The notes: generated by a model not told the origin, from the sequence alone. DNA of 64,000 bases from Rhizaria sp. SCN 62-66 (GCA_001724265.1 MEDY01000113.1:1-64000), one strand, 5' to 3'; positions 1 through 11,889 are shown, numbered from the stretch's first letter. Numbers and translations: made by a program.

Positions 1-3000
1 CGCGGCGCGGCGCGCGGCGAGGCGGGCGGCGCGGCGCGCGCGGCGGCGGCTGGCGCGGGCAGCGATGCGCTCGGGGGTCATATCACCCTGCTGGCCGTCA
101 TCCTCGTCGTCGTCATCGTCGTCGTCGTCATCATCATCGTCATCATTGGCGTCGGCGTCGTTGCTGGCGTTGTCATCAATGGCGGCGTCAGCGCGCGCGT
201 CCTCGGCCGCCTTGGCCGCGGCGCGCTTCTGGCGCTTCTCGGCCGCGCGCACGCCGCCGGCGACGTCTACGTCCGCAGCGTCCGCGACATCGCCGTCGTT
301 GGCAGCCTCATCGTTCTCGTCCTCGTCGTCGTTGTCATCAAAACCGAGGTCGAAGTCCTCCTCGACGCGCAGCGGGGCCAGGTCGCCCTCGGGCACGTCC
401 TCGGTCTGCCCGCGGTTGGCCTCGTAGTCGGCGTTGCGCGACAGCGCCGCGGCGGGCACGGTGCGGCGCTGGTAGAGCTGGAAGAGCCGGCCCTTGCCGA
501 AGGGCACGACGCGGAAGTAGCGCGGCGCGAAGCGGCTGGCCTCAACCATGGCGGGCGGGATCGGCCCCAGCAGCGACTGCATGCGCGCCAGCACCACGGG
601 CAGCGAGCGCGACGAGAAGAGAAGATGATTCGTGTAGAGCTCATAGAGCACGCAGCCGAGCGACCACATGTCGAGCGCCGAGGGCGCGTCGTAGGGCAGC
701 CCGAGGATGACCTCAGGCGCGCGGTAAGACCGCGACTGCGCGTACGTGGCCAGAGTGTCGTGCGCGAAGGACGCCGAGCCGAAGTCGATGAGCTTGACGC
801 GCGCGTTTGCCCAGTCTTGCAGCAGCACGTTCTCGGGCTTGAGGTCGCCGTGCAGCACACCGAAGCAGCGCAGGTACCACAGCGAGATGAGCAGCTGGCG
901 CGCGATCTTGCGCACGTTACGCAGCGAGAAGTAGTACGAGCCCTGGAGCTCGGCGGCCTTGGCGGGCGCCTCTGGGTCGGCGACGACCTGGGAGGCGTCG
1001 TGCAGGTTGTGTCCCAGCAGCTCGGTGGCAATGCACATGTGCTCCTGCACGTAGAACGCCGAGCGGAAGCGGATGATGTGGAACAGGTCGCGCGGGTCAT
1101 GTGTGTTGAGCAGCTGCAGCACCTTGACTTCGTCCAAGCAGCGGTCAAACAGGTCCTTCTCGTTGCGCATCACCTTGAGGCACATGGACTGGTTCGTCAG
1201 TGTGTCAACGACCTCGACAGCGCGCGAGAAGGCCGCCGCGCCGACCGAGCGCACGATGGTGTAGCGGCCCGCGATGCGCCCGCCGGTGAGCAGCGGCAGG
1301 TCCTTGTCGGGCGCGAGGCCCGTGCGGAAGGGGAAAGGCATCAGCACCGGCAGGTTGAAGTAGCACAGCGCCGGGCGCGCGGTGCGGAAGTACGGCGCGA
1401 CGCGCTCCTCGACGGGCAGTGCCACGGCGCGCGGCAGCCGCAGCGCTGAGAGCCGGACCTCGGCCGCCCCGGACTCGTCGAGCGCGAGCCCCGCGGGCGT
1501 GTCCGAGGGCGGCGCGGCGACGTCGGTGAGCGCCGGCACCGCGGCTTCGAGCCCGGGCTCGCGGCGGCCGCGCACGACGCCCGCGCCGCGCAGCCACGCC
1601 AGCGCGCGCGCGATGGCGCCCGCGTCGACGGCCAGCGCGGCTGCCGCGTCGTCGTCTTCGGGCGGCAGCCGCAGCGCGCGGTACATCACCACGGCCGCCG
1701 CCTCGGCGCGCGACAGCGATTCGGCCGCGGCAGCGGCGGCCGCGGCCGCGGCGGCGGTGGCGGCGCGAGCGGTGGCCGCCGAGCTGTCGGCGGCGTCCGC
1801 ATTGACGTCACTGCTGTCGCCGCCGCCGTTCTTGCCATTGCCCTTGCCGGTGCCGTTGGCGCCGTGGCCGGCGGCGTGCGCATCGGCCTCGGCGCTCTCC
1901 GCGGCGAGGGCGGCGTCGGCGGCGGCCTGCTCGCAGCGCAGCGCCTCGGCCGCAGCCTCTGCGGCGGCGTTGGCGACGACGGTGAGCGCGCGCACGGTCG
2001 CGACGCCGCCCCAGGCCAGCACGGCGGGCGGCGCGGCGCCCAGCGCGGGGTCGGCCATGGGATGCGGGGGCGCGAAATAGTGGCCCTCGTTGACGCGGCA
2101 CCAGTGCGGCGGGATGCCGCCGGGAATAACGACGACCTCGGCCTCGGGCCCGCCCGTGCGCACGGCGTCGACAAAGCGCCGCGGCGGCCGCGGCTGCACG
2201 TGCGGCGTCGCTGTCGAGTAGAAGAGCCGGTCGAACCCGGGGTCGCGGTCACTCTGCCAGCCGTCGGCGGCGAGGAGCTGCTCAACAGTGCAGGCGGCGC
2301 GCGCGGCCTGCTGCAGCCGGACCCACTCCTGCAGCGTGACCGTGGGCAGCGATGCAAGCGACTCGGCCGCGGCAACCACGGCGGGGGACGAGCCCGCGGC
2401 CGCGGTCGCGGCAGACAGTGCTGCGGCCGCGGCTGCGGCGGCCGCGGCAGACTCTGCGCTCTGCTGCTGCTGATGCGCAGCGGCAGCGCCAGAGGAAGGG
2501 GACGCAGAGGATGAGGATGAGGACGACGAGGACGACGTCGCGGCGGCGAGGGGCAGCCAGCCCGCGCCAAGGGGCGCAACGTGGGCCCAACTGGCACCCC
2601 ACGTCATAGGCGCCGACGCCACCACGCCCGAGGCCTGCGAAGCCACGCCGAACGCGGCTAACCGAGCCGCCAGCACTGCTTCGTCGGCCTCGCGCGAGGG
2701 CGAGGGGGCCGCGGCGGCGGCGGCCGTGGCGGGGACCGTGGGCACGGGCGTCACCACGGGCACGCCGTCCAGCTCGAAGCTCAGCGGGCTGTAGTCGGAC
2801 ACGGTCGCGGGCAGCGCCTCCAGCACGTCGGGCCGGCCGAGCGCAACGGACGACACGTAGTCGCGCGCCAACGACGCGGCCGCAGCGGCAACCGCGCGCG
2901 CGGACACAGCTGCAGCGCTAGAGCTACTGCTGCTCGCGCTGCTGGCGGCCTGCTTCTGCTGCTGTTGCTGTAGCTGTTGCTGCGCGCGTGCAGCGGTGCG

Positions 3001-3918
3001 GAGCGCGCGGCGGAGCAGCTCCTTGCGCGTGGTGGCCGCGGGGTACATAAAGTCGCAGTCGCGCGGCGCCGCGGCCGCGCGGTGGAACAGCACGTCGCGC
3101 CCGCCGCCGTGGCCGCCGTGGCGCCTGGCCGAGCGCGAGCGGGACGCGCCGCTGCCCGCGCCGCCGACACCGCCAGTGGCGCGGCGAGAGCGGCGGGCGG
3201 CGGCGGCGGCGGCGGCGTCGCCAGAATCGCCGAGGTCGCCGCTGTCGTCGTCGCCGTTGTCAGCATCCTCGTCGTCCTCGCCGTCGTCGTCGCGGCCGTC
3301 CTCGTCGGCCGTGTCATGCTCGGTCGCGTCGCCGCTGCCGTTGCTGACGCCCGAGTGCGAACGGGAGTCCGAGCCGGAGCTCGAGTCGGGCACGGGCAGC
3401 GCCGAGGGCGACAGCGAGAGGTCCTGGTGGTCCAGCAGCACCGTCATAGGGGCGCCCATGTGCCCGTTGCCGACGCCGCCGCCGTGGAGGCCGCCGCCGC
3501 CGCCCAGGTGGCTAGCAGCGGCGGCCGCGGCGGCGGCGGCGGCGTAGTCGTCGTCCGCCGTGGCGGGCTGCGAGCCAGCGTCCGAGTCGTTGTGGAGGTC
3601 GCTCTCGTCAATAACCGAGGACGAGTAGCCGCTGCCGTCGGCGTCGCCGTGCGCGGGGTCGTCGTCGTCGTCGTCGTTGGGACCGTTCATGTGCCGGCCG
3701 TCGTGAAGGAGGTCGTCGCCCTCGCCGTCGTCGTCGTAGTCGGGGCCGTTGTGCGCGTAGCCGTGGGGGTTGTGCGGGTCGTAGTCGGCGTCATCTTCGT
3801 GGTCGCCGTGGCTGTGGTCGTCGTTGGGGTTGAGGTTGCTGCTGGTGTCCTGGCTGTGGTCGCGGGAGCCTTCGTGATCGGGCTCAAAGTCCTCGCTGGC
3901 AGCGGCCGAAGACGACAT
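1..3918 (-). CDS. DYRK-family (DYRKP-like) dual-specificity protein kinase, 3'-truncated by the window edge (>1306 aa, no intron seen)
   Basis: Read manually; absent from the ORF track because the frame has no stop in the window. ATG at 3918 (MSSSAAASEDFEPDH). Kinase motifs at about 500-1330: GLAPDKDLPLLTGGRIAGRY, VGAAAFSRAV, CLKVMRNEKDLFDRCLDEVKVL, IATELLG, HGDLKPEN, KLIDFGSA, TYAQSRSYRAPEVILGLPY, DMWSLGC. The G-x-AAFS loop and K(D)xFDxxLDE segment resemble plant/algal DYRKP. Confidence 0.85.
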   Translation of the reverse strand, partial: MSSSAAASEDFEPDHEGSRDHSQDTSSNLNPNDDHSHGDHEDDADYDPHNPHGYAHNGPDYDDDGEGDDLLHDGRHMNGPNDDDDDDPAHGDADGSGYSSSVIDESDLHNDSDAGSQPATADDDYAAAAAAAAAASHLGGGGGLHGGGVGNGHMGAPMTVLLDHQDLSLSPSALPVPDSSSGSDSRSHSGVSNGSGDATEHDTADEDGRDDDGEDDEDADNGDDDSGDLGDSGDAAAAAAARRSRRATGGVGGAGSGASRSRSARRHGGHGGGRDVLFHRAAAAPRDCDFMYPAATTRKELLRRALRTAARAQQQLQQQQQKQAASSASSSSSSAAAVSARAVAAAAASLARDYVSSVALGRPDVLEALPATVSDYSPLSFELDGVPVVTPVPTVPATAAAAAAPSPSREADEAVLAARLAAFGVASQASGVVASAPMTWGASWAHVAPLGAGWLPLAAATSSSSSSSSSSASPSSGAAAAHQQQQSAESAAAAAAAAAALSAATAAAGSSPAVVAAAESLASLPTVTLQEWVRLQQAARAACTVEQLLAADGWQSDRDPGFDRLFYSTATPHVQPRPPRRFVDAVRTGGPEAEVVVIPGGIPPHWCRVNEGHYFAPPHPMADPALGAAPPAVLAWGGVATVRALTVVANAAAEAAAEALRCEQAAADAALAAESAEADAHAAGHGANGTGKGNGKNGGGDSSDVNADAADSSAATARAATAAAAAAAAAAAESLSRAEAAAVVMYRALRLPPEDDDAAAALAVDAGAIARALAWLRGAGVVRGRREPGLEAAVPALTDVAAPPSDTPAGLALDESGAAEVRLSALRLPRAVALPVEERVAPYFRTARPALCYFNLPVLMPFPFRTGLAPDKDLPLLTGGRIAGRYTIVRSVGAAAFSRAVEVVDTLTNQSMCLKVMRNEKDLFDRCLDEVKVLQLLNTHDPRDLFHIIRFRSAFYVQEHMCIATELLGHNLHDASQVVADPEAPAKAAELQGSYYFSLRNVRKIARQLLISLWYLRCFGVLHGDLKPENVLLQDWANARVKLIDFGSASFAHDTLATYAQSRSYRAPEVILGLPYDAPSALDMWSLGCVLYELYTNHLLFSSRSLPVVLARMQSLLGPIPPAMVEASRFAPRYFRVVPFGKGRLFQLYQRRTVPAAALSRNADYEANRGQTEDVPEGDLAPLRVEEDFDLGFDDNDDEDENDEAANDGDVADAADVDVAGGVRAAEKRQKRAAAKAAEDARADAAIDDNASNDADANDDDDDDDDDDDDDEDDGQQGDMTPERIAARASRRRARRAARLAARRAA

Positions 3919-4578
3919 CTGGGCGTGGAAAAGAGCAAGAGCGGCGGTGCGCTTGAATGTTGCCGTAAAACACGGACAGGAAGAAAGGTGACAAGAGTCA
4001 AGGAAGCCAACGGGGCAAGTGCCAATACGTGGGGATGACTGGACTGTGGGGGAGGTGGGCACAAGTAGGGGGCGCGAGTGGTGTGGACTTCGGGGGTGAG
4101 AATAAGGCTCCATAGAATCCACGGACGAACTGAAAATATTCAAAATCAAATAAAACCCATCTCCAACGTAGCGGAAATAATCTATTATGCAAACAACAAA
4201 AACCCAATAGTGCTCAAATCCTCTTTGCAGAAGCCAGATTTTGAACACGATCGCTCCCAGTCAGCCGGCTGGTGACTGCTGTCTGTCTGACTCGGACTGG
4301 CGCCCGTTGAGCTGCCAGTCAAAAGCAAGCCGCGAGCGAGAAGAATCAGTGACCGTTGGACTGGCTGGGCCGACCCACTGGACCGAGCTCGCTCGACGGA
4401 AACGGCTGGCTGTGGGGTGAGAAGTGAAACTATCCTGAGGAAAGTTGTGTGATATCAATTCGCGCTGTGCGTATTTGTAAAAAGACTACCCCCGGTACAG
4501 CGACCTGTATTGGCGTTATTTGTTCAGCTGACGGATCTATAGAGCCACACGGGACTCTATTGCACTAACTAACGCCCC
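3919..4578. promoter_or_regulatory. Probable bidirectional promoter (DYRKP-like / MNS1)
   Basis: 660-nt spacer between head-to-head start codons, with a central GC-richer island of inverted repeats and CAGTC/GACTG words. Function is inferred from position only. Confidence 0.5.
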
Positions 4579-6339
4579 ATGCAGCAGCGCCAGAACAACT
4601 CGATGGCGGCCACTCTGGCCTCCAACGCCCGCCACGTACGTTTTTGCAGCACAACGACTCAATGTTAAGAATAACCTATTTGTCCACTACCCGTGCATTG
4701 CACTTAATTCACTTCAAGCTCACGATATCCCCTCACTATCTTCTTTCTTCTGACCACGCTCGACACCCACCAACCCTGCTCTCCGTTCTGGCCCTTACGC
4801 TCGGTTCTTCGACCGGCAATGACTACTTTATGAACGCATGTCCCCTAGGTGACGACTGCTGACTTCAACCAGCGCATTGAGCGCCGCCGCGCGGACCAGG
4901 CGTCCCTGGGCCAGGTGCAGGGCTACGCGGCGCAGGACGCGCAGCTGCGCGCGACGGCTGAGAGTGAGAAGCGCGTCGACGCTCTACGCCAGGCCAAGGC
5001 GGCGCAGACAGCGCAGCAGGCGCGCTACGCCGACGCGCTGCTGGAGCAGGAGCTGCAGCGCCGCTCGACCGCCGACACGACCGCGGCGGAGGAGGCTGCG
5101 CTGGCCAAAGCGATCCGCGACTTGGAGATCAGCGAAACGGCCAAGCAGCGCATCACGCAGCGCGTGGTGGAGGAGTCGCCCGAGCTGCAGGAGCTCAAGA
5201 AGCTGCTCGCAGCCGCGCAGACGAACAAGATCCGCCAGACACAGCTCGCGGAGAAGGAGGTGATCGCCGCGCAGGACAGCATGCAGCGGCGCCTGCACGA
5301 CGCCAAGATGGAGGCGGACCGGCAGGAGGCGTTGGCTGTGCAGCACGAGATGGCGATGCAGCAGCAGCAGCGCAACGTCGAGCAGCGTGTCGCGCTTCAG
5401 GGCCAGATTAAGGAGCGTCTGGACCGCCGCGCCGCCGCGGCCGAGCAAGACGCCAAGGAGCGCGCAATCGTCGACGGCATCGTGCGCGGCATCCAGGAAG
5501 AAGACCAGGCCAAGGCCGAGGCGGGCGCGGCACGGCGCCGGCAGCTCCAGGACGAAATCGCGGCGTACCTGCAGCAGCGCGAGGCGTGGCGCCAGCAGGA
5601 GCGCGCGCGCGCGAGCGAGGAGCTGCGCCGCATCCAGGAGTACAACGCGCAGCAAGAGGCGCGGCTGGCCGAGCTCAGCTCCAAGAAGGCCGTTCAGTCG
5701 CAGCAACAGGACCTGGTGCTGCGGAAGCTGACGGAGGAGATCCAGCGCAAGCGCAAGGAGCAGGAGGAGGTCGAGGCGCTGCTGCAGGAGCTCTACTGGG
5801 AGGAGGCCGAGCAGAAGGCGCTTGACGAGGTGCGCATGCGCGAGGAGAAGGCGCGCGCCATGAAGCAGCAGATCATCCAGACCAACGAGTTCCAGAAGCA
5901 GCTCAAGGCGCAGCGTGAGGTGGAGATCCAGCGCGAGGAGCAGGCCTTCCGCCAGCAGATGATGGAGCGCTTCGCGGCAGACCGGCGCATCGAGCAACTC
6001 AACGCGCAGCGGCGCCGCGTCGAGACCGAGCAGTACCGCCGCGAGGTCGACGGACTGGTGGCCGAACGCAAGCGGCTGCAGCAGGAGGCGCTGGCGCGCG
6101 AGCTGGGCGAGATCGAGAGTGCGCGCCGCGAGGAGGAGGACCGGCTCAAGATCGTCGAGGCAGAGCGCCAGCGCCTGCTGCGCGAACACGCAGCCGCGCT
6201 GGCAGACTACCTGCCCAAGGGCGTGCTGCAGAGCGCCGACGACTACCGCCTGCTCTTCGGCAAGGACCCCGCACCCGGGTTGTCGTTCGGCATCAAGCGC
6301 AAGGACCAGCTCCAGAACTTCGACTACGACTTCAGGTAA
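4579..6339 (+). CDS. MNS1: Meiosis-specific nuclear structural protein 1 (axonemal coiled-coil microtubule inner protein), about 515 aa
   Basis: Exons 4579-4635 and 4849-6339; phase-0 intron GTACGT...CCTAG. Coiled coil with MNS1 signature segments SPELQELKKLLAAAQTNKIRQTQLAEKE, MMERFAADRRIEQLNAQRRR and IVEAERQRLLREHAAALADYLPKGVL. Stop TAA. Confidence 0.9.
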
Positions 6340-6742
6340 ACAGTCAACTCAACAGCGTGCGTGTGTTTTGCGCAGTTGTGCTGAGACTTGTTGATTGATG
6401 TCATGCACTTGTTTTACTGTCTGGTTATAGGTATTAATTTCGTATATCTCATTTTGTTTGTGTATATGTTTGAGTATGTTTGTAAGTACAAAGTACAAAA
6501 GAGAGCTTCGTGTGATGTTTCTTGTGTCGTTTTATGCTACGATGCGGAATGCACTGAGTGTGATAACAACAACAATACATGTTAGATTAGCAATAACGTA
6601 GCACCTCATACATTACGGAATATGGTTAAAACACAATATTTTATTGATAAATTGATAACAGGCAGAACAATAGACAGGAGTTACAATGAAAGGAATTTGA
6701 TTAAGTAAACGTATTTAGTCACAGCAAAGAACGCGCTGCTCA

Positions 6743-9700
6743 TTACTGTTTGGAGACACCACTGAGCAGTCCAGCCTGCGACAGCGACTGCGCCAGCGCC
6801 TGCCTCCTGTGCACCTCCTCGCCCTGCGCACCGAGGTGCGACTGCGAGTTGGACTGCGACAACGACTGACCTCCAGCGCCAGCGCCAGCGGGGGGCGCGG
6901 GACGGCGGGCGCCGCCGGCAGCGGACTTCTTACCGCCGGCGCCGCTGGCGCTGCCGCTGACAACGCCGGCGCCGACACCAGTCGTCGTCGTCGTCATCAT
7001 CGCCGCCGCCGCAGCAGCGCCCGCGTTGATTATGTTGCTGTTGCTAGCGCTCAGCGTCGCCGAGCTGCGCGACGGCGCCAACAGCCTCGCCGTCGACGCC
7101 GTCGCCCGCATTCCCTGCTGCCCCAGCCCTTGCGCGGGCGCAGGCGCGGGCGCGAGGCCGGTGCCCTCGATGGGTGCCCCCGCGGCGGGCCCGCGCTCGG
7201 CTGGCCCCGGCGCCACGGTGGCGTAGAAGTGGCCCGAGGCCGACTGGCTGGGGGGCGCGAAGACGACGGCGCCACCTTCGCGGCCGCGGTAGAGCTGGCC
7301 ATCGGAGCCCGGCAGCGCGAAGGCGGGCCCACGGTGCACGACGAGCCCCGCCGCGGGCAGCATCGCCGTCGACGCGTCCTCACCGCTGTGGCCCCCGCCG
7401 TGGCCGTGACCGTGGCCGTGGCCGCTGCCGTTGTTGTTGTCGGAGAGACGGAGCAGGGCCGACGAGCTGCCGCCGTGCGTGAGCGAACGCACGCTGCCCG
7501 GCTGACCGCCGTACTGGTACTGCACCTGCGCCGCATGCAGCCCCGTCGCGGACACGCCCTCGCCCAGCGCCAGCGCGCCCGCGCCGGGGCCGCCGCCGGC
7601 ACCGTTGCTGCCGGCGAGAAGACGCGCGCCTTGGGGGCCGAGCACGGTCTCGACGATCTCGGCCTTGCTCTCGGCCAGCATCGCGCGCACCTCGCGCCGC
7701 AGCGCCGCCACCTGCGCGCGCACGTCGCGCGCCGACGCCTTCTCGGCCAGCTGCGCCGTGAGCCGCGCTGTGAGAGTCTCGTGGAGCTGCTCAGTGTACG
7801 TCTTGCAGATGTCGATCACGCGACCGGCGTCTTCGAGCCGCTGCCGCGCGTCTGCAGTCACAAACCCGCCGCCACCGCGCGGCGCGAGCGCGCGCGTGCC
7901 GCTGCCGCCGCCGCCGCCCGCGCCGCCGCCCGCGCTAGAGGCGGAGATGGTCTGCTCAAACTGGCGCAGCTTGCGCTTCAGCGTGTGGAAGCCCAGGTCG
8001 ACGTAGGTCTTGAGTAAAGCCGCTTCCTCCGCGGCCGCCGCGGCGTCTGCGCGCGAGGCCGCCGTGACCGTGGACGCTGACGCCGCCGTGGCCGCCTCCA
8101 TCTTCTGCATCAGCTGCTGCTGTAAGAACGCGAAGAAGGGCGTGATGCCGCCCGCGGTGGCCGCCGCGACATTGGGCAGATCAACGCTGCCGCTACTGCT
8201 GCTGCTGCCGCCCCCCATGCCGCGGCCCGCACGCTGCTGGTGCTGATGTTGGCGGTGCACGCGCGCGTTTCCGCCGTCTTCGCCGGTGCCGCCCGACGCG
8301 GCGATGAGGCGCGAAATGAGCAGCGAGTCGTCGCTGACGCCGTCGCCGGCGCCGCCGTCGGCGTCTGCCCCGCCGTTGGCAGCGCGCATGGCGGCCGCGG
8401 AGGGCGCGAGCGTGTACTCCTGCCCGCCCGCGCCCGCGGCGTTGCCCGCGCGCGAGGCGGCGCCGCGGCGGCCGCCGGACAGCGGCCGGCCTGTGACGTC
8501 AGTTGCCGCGCGGTCCGTGGCCGCCGGCACGTACACGTTCTGCATCTGCTGCTGCTGCTGTGCGTTGGAGGTGATGTTGATCGTGGTGAGGCCCGAGGGC
8601 AGCACCAGCGGCTGCAGCATCGCAGGCAAGTCCCCGACGCCGTTGGTACCGGCGGCGCTCGTCTGCGTCGGGGGCCTCTGCAACTGCGGATGCGGCTGCT
8701 GTGGCTGCTGCACGGAGGGCGTCTGCGGCGGGGGCGCGATAGCGGACGTGGTGCCGCGCCGCTCTTCTGCCAGTGCTCGCTCCAGCACGTACCCCGCGGT
8801 CTTGACCCGGAACGCGTCCAGGTCGTCGACGCGCTGGTCCAGCAGCCGTAGCGCGCGCACCACGGCGCCCACGCGCTGCTCCGCGGCCAGCAGCTGCGCG
8901 GCGCTCTCGTCGCGGAGATCCTGTGCCCATTCACGCATGCGCTCCTGCTGCGACTCATCCAGTTGCTGCAGCCGGAAAGAGAGCACCTCCTGGCCCACCT
9001 CGTGCATCGTGCTCAGGTCGCCCGCGTCGCCGCCTCTGCCGCGGCCGCCGCGCGAACCGCCGCCGCCGCGCAGCCGCGGGGGCACGACGATTCCGGATAC
9101 ATCGGCTGCGAACGACAGCGGGCTGTCGCCCCCGCGGCCGCCGCGGCTGTGCGCGGCTGAGGAGGCCGAGCCTGGCGAGCGCGGCGGGCTCCGGGGCAGG
9201 TCAAGCCCGTCGCCAGCGCCCGCGCCCGCGCCCGCAGCGCCGTCGACGCCGGCAGCGGCGCCCGCGCGGCGGGGCGAGCTGCTGTAGTGGCCGTGGCCGT
9301 GGTTGCGCGGCGAGCCCACGACCGGGAGGTAAGTAAGTCCGAAAGCGGCCTTGGCGGCGGCGCGGGTCTCGGCCGTCGCCTCAGCGGCCTCAGTCTCGGC
9401 GTCAGAGTCGGAATCATCGTCATCGCTGCTGCTGCTACTCTCCGCAGCAGCGGCAGCAGCAGCGTTGACAGCGTTAGTTCCCGCAGCGGCGGCGGCGGCG
9501 GCCTTGGCCTGCTTACGCTGCTGCTTCGCGGCAGCTTTCTTGCTGCGCTTCGCAGCGCGCCTCGCGGCAGCGGCGGACGCGGCGGCGGCGGCGTCGGCGT
9601 CGCCCGCGTCGTCGTCCTCGCTTGTGCTGCTACTGTCATCCCCGCCCATGTCGCCGTTGCCGTCATTGCCGCCGTTGGTGGCGCTGCTGCTGTTGCGCAG

Positions 9701-11122
9701 CGCGCGCCGCGCGGCGCGGGCCTGGTCCCTGCGCGCGCGCCGCTGCTCGCGCGCCGCGCTGGTCATGCTGAGGTCGTCGCCGGTGACGATGTCGCGCACC
9801 TTGGCTTCGAGCGCCTCGCGCGCGCGCCGCTCCTCGGCCAGCTGCGCCGCCAGCGCCGTGTCGCCCTGAGCCAGCGCGGCGGCTTCCTCGCGCGCCAACG
9901 CCGCCGCAGTCGTCGCGCTCGCGTTGTTGTTGTTGTTGTTGTTGTTAGCGGCGGCGCGTGTGAGCGAGAGGCCGAGGGGCACGGTGGGCACCAACACGCC
10001 CGCCGCGGCCGCCGCCTGCGCCGCCGACGCGGCCTCCTCGGCGGAGCTGGACGCCGCGACCAGCGCCGTAGCCTTAGCGGCGCGCTTGCCGTCGGCGCGC
10101 CTCGCGAGCGCCAGTGCCACCACGGCGTTGTTAACGCGACGCACGAGCGTCTCGAGCTTGCGGCGCTCGCCGGCCTCGTCGGCGACCGCGCCCGCGACAC
10201 GTGACAGCTCCAGTGCGGCCCTGCGCGCGCCGGCGTCGACGCGCAGCAGCGCCTGCGCTGAGGCGTCGAGCGCCTCGTGGTCGGGCAGCGCGGCGACGGC
10301 CTTCTCGGTCTTGGCCAGACGCTCGAAGACGATGTCGTGCCGCACGGAGGTGAAGTCCTTGAGCTCGTTGTGGCGCGCCGCGGCCTCACGCTTCACGTCC
10401 TCACTCAGCGCCGCCACGGCGCCGCGAATCTGCGGCTCCAGCTCCTTGAGCGCGTCCTTGACGGTGGAGAAGGTCTGGTCGCAGTACTGCTTGACGTTTT
10501 GCGTGAAGCGCGTCTGCACCCCCACCTCGGCCTTGAGGTCGGAGCACTGCGCCTCGGCGCGGCGCGCGTCCGCGGAGGCGGCCGCCGCCTCGGCGCGCAC
10601 GGCAGAGAGGTCGGCGCGGACGGCGTCGGCCGTTTGGTCAGCGTGGGTGCGCACAGCGGCCATTTCTATCGAGTTGAAAAATGCAGATCCAACGCGGAGT
10701 ATGTGGAAGTATTTGGAAGTGTGAGTCAATGTGAGCACAGTATATCGGTAGACAGTGAGTAAGTCTAGGTGAAAATGGAACGATACTCTGACATGAGTTC
10801 TTTACGCCGAGAAATATCGAGCGAACGTACCAGTCCTGATCTTGTCGACCTCGGGTGCGATGTCTGTCTTCTTCTCGGTGACCTGCACGCGGCCCGCAAT
10901 CTGCTCCAGCGCCGTCTTGTACTGTTGAAACAGCTGCTTAGACGTCGCCTCGAAGTCCCTATGCCGCTCCAGCTCCCGCGCTTGCTCCGTGAGCAGCCGC
11001 TCCTGCGCGTCGAGACGGCGCATCATCTCCGACATGACGTTCGTGATGGGCGTGACGTCGACGCGCAGCGACGTGATCAGCGCATCCGCCAGCAAGGAGC
11101 CCGGTGGCGCGGGGGAAGCCAT
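6743..11122 (-). CDS. Large coiled-coil/low-complexity protein (about 1404 aa) with a C-terminal G-x-DG-x-x-Y-x-G-R motif reminiscent of QRICH2/C16orf96 (DUF4795)
   Basis: Exons 11122-10831 and 10665-6743; phase-1 intron GTACGT...GATAG joins ...KIRT-E-MAAVRT. Heptad-rich N-terminal and central segments, LAEKASARDV, and LPGSDGQLYRGRE near the C-terminus. Stop TAA followed by TGA. The gene model is solid; the family call is tentative. Confidence 0.75.
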
Positions 11123-11688
11123 CCGGTCGGTGTCAAGCGCGCACGGGAGCACGCTAAAGGGGACAGGGGGCGCGGCCGCAGGGGGCAAAGGAAGGCAGGA
11201 TTTAGTGTGGGAGGGAGAGAGAAAGAAAGCTACTGGTACAGGACAAAGAAAGCGTTTCATAATGTGAGCCAAATATATTATGCTACTAAAGCTCTTAAAA
11301 ATTCATTTTTGACATGTCATTGCAAAGTTACGTTCAGAAGACAACGAAATCCAAGGTTGAAGATCGGCTATAAGAAGAAACGGCTGTTCTTGACACAGCT
11401 GGCACATGATCATGGCAAGACTTCAAAAACAGCAGCAAAGGCAGGATACATCACGTGTATTGCAAATAAGAAGAGTATACTGGTAATTGTGGTAATATGA
11501 TAAATGTATTTCGTTTGTTCTATTTATCGACATGTGTCGTCCAGAAGACCACAAAGGTTACCTGGCTCGACTCTGAACTCTCACTGCTTGCCTTTATCTC
11601 TCAAGCACACAGCACACCACACAAGGCACTCTCATTCATCGAAATCACCGCATATACTGCTCACTTCCCCGTTTCACTCCGCGCGCGC

Positions 11689-11850
11689 TCACTTGCGTGG
11701 CGCGCCGTAGGTGTTGAAGTTTGTGGGCAGCACGGGCGGCGGCATGCGTGCGGCAATATTGCTCGCGTGCGCCTTGCGCTCCATGAACGAGGCCGTGGCG
11801 CCCGTAGTGGGCGACACCGGAGCCGCGGCTCCCGGCGGCGGCGGCGGGAT

Positions 11851-11889
<39 letters not shown>

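Noticed and set aside
10666-10738. ORF-track N-terminal and C-terminal extensions (e.g. MLTLTHTSKYF..., 13087, 16442, 20166, 44495-44657, 50460)
   Set aside because: These are read-ins to introns; GT-AG splicing gives in-frame joins to real exons.
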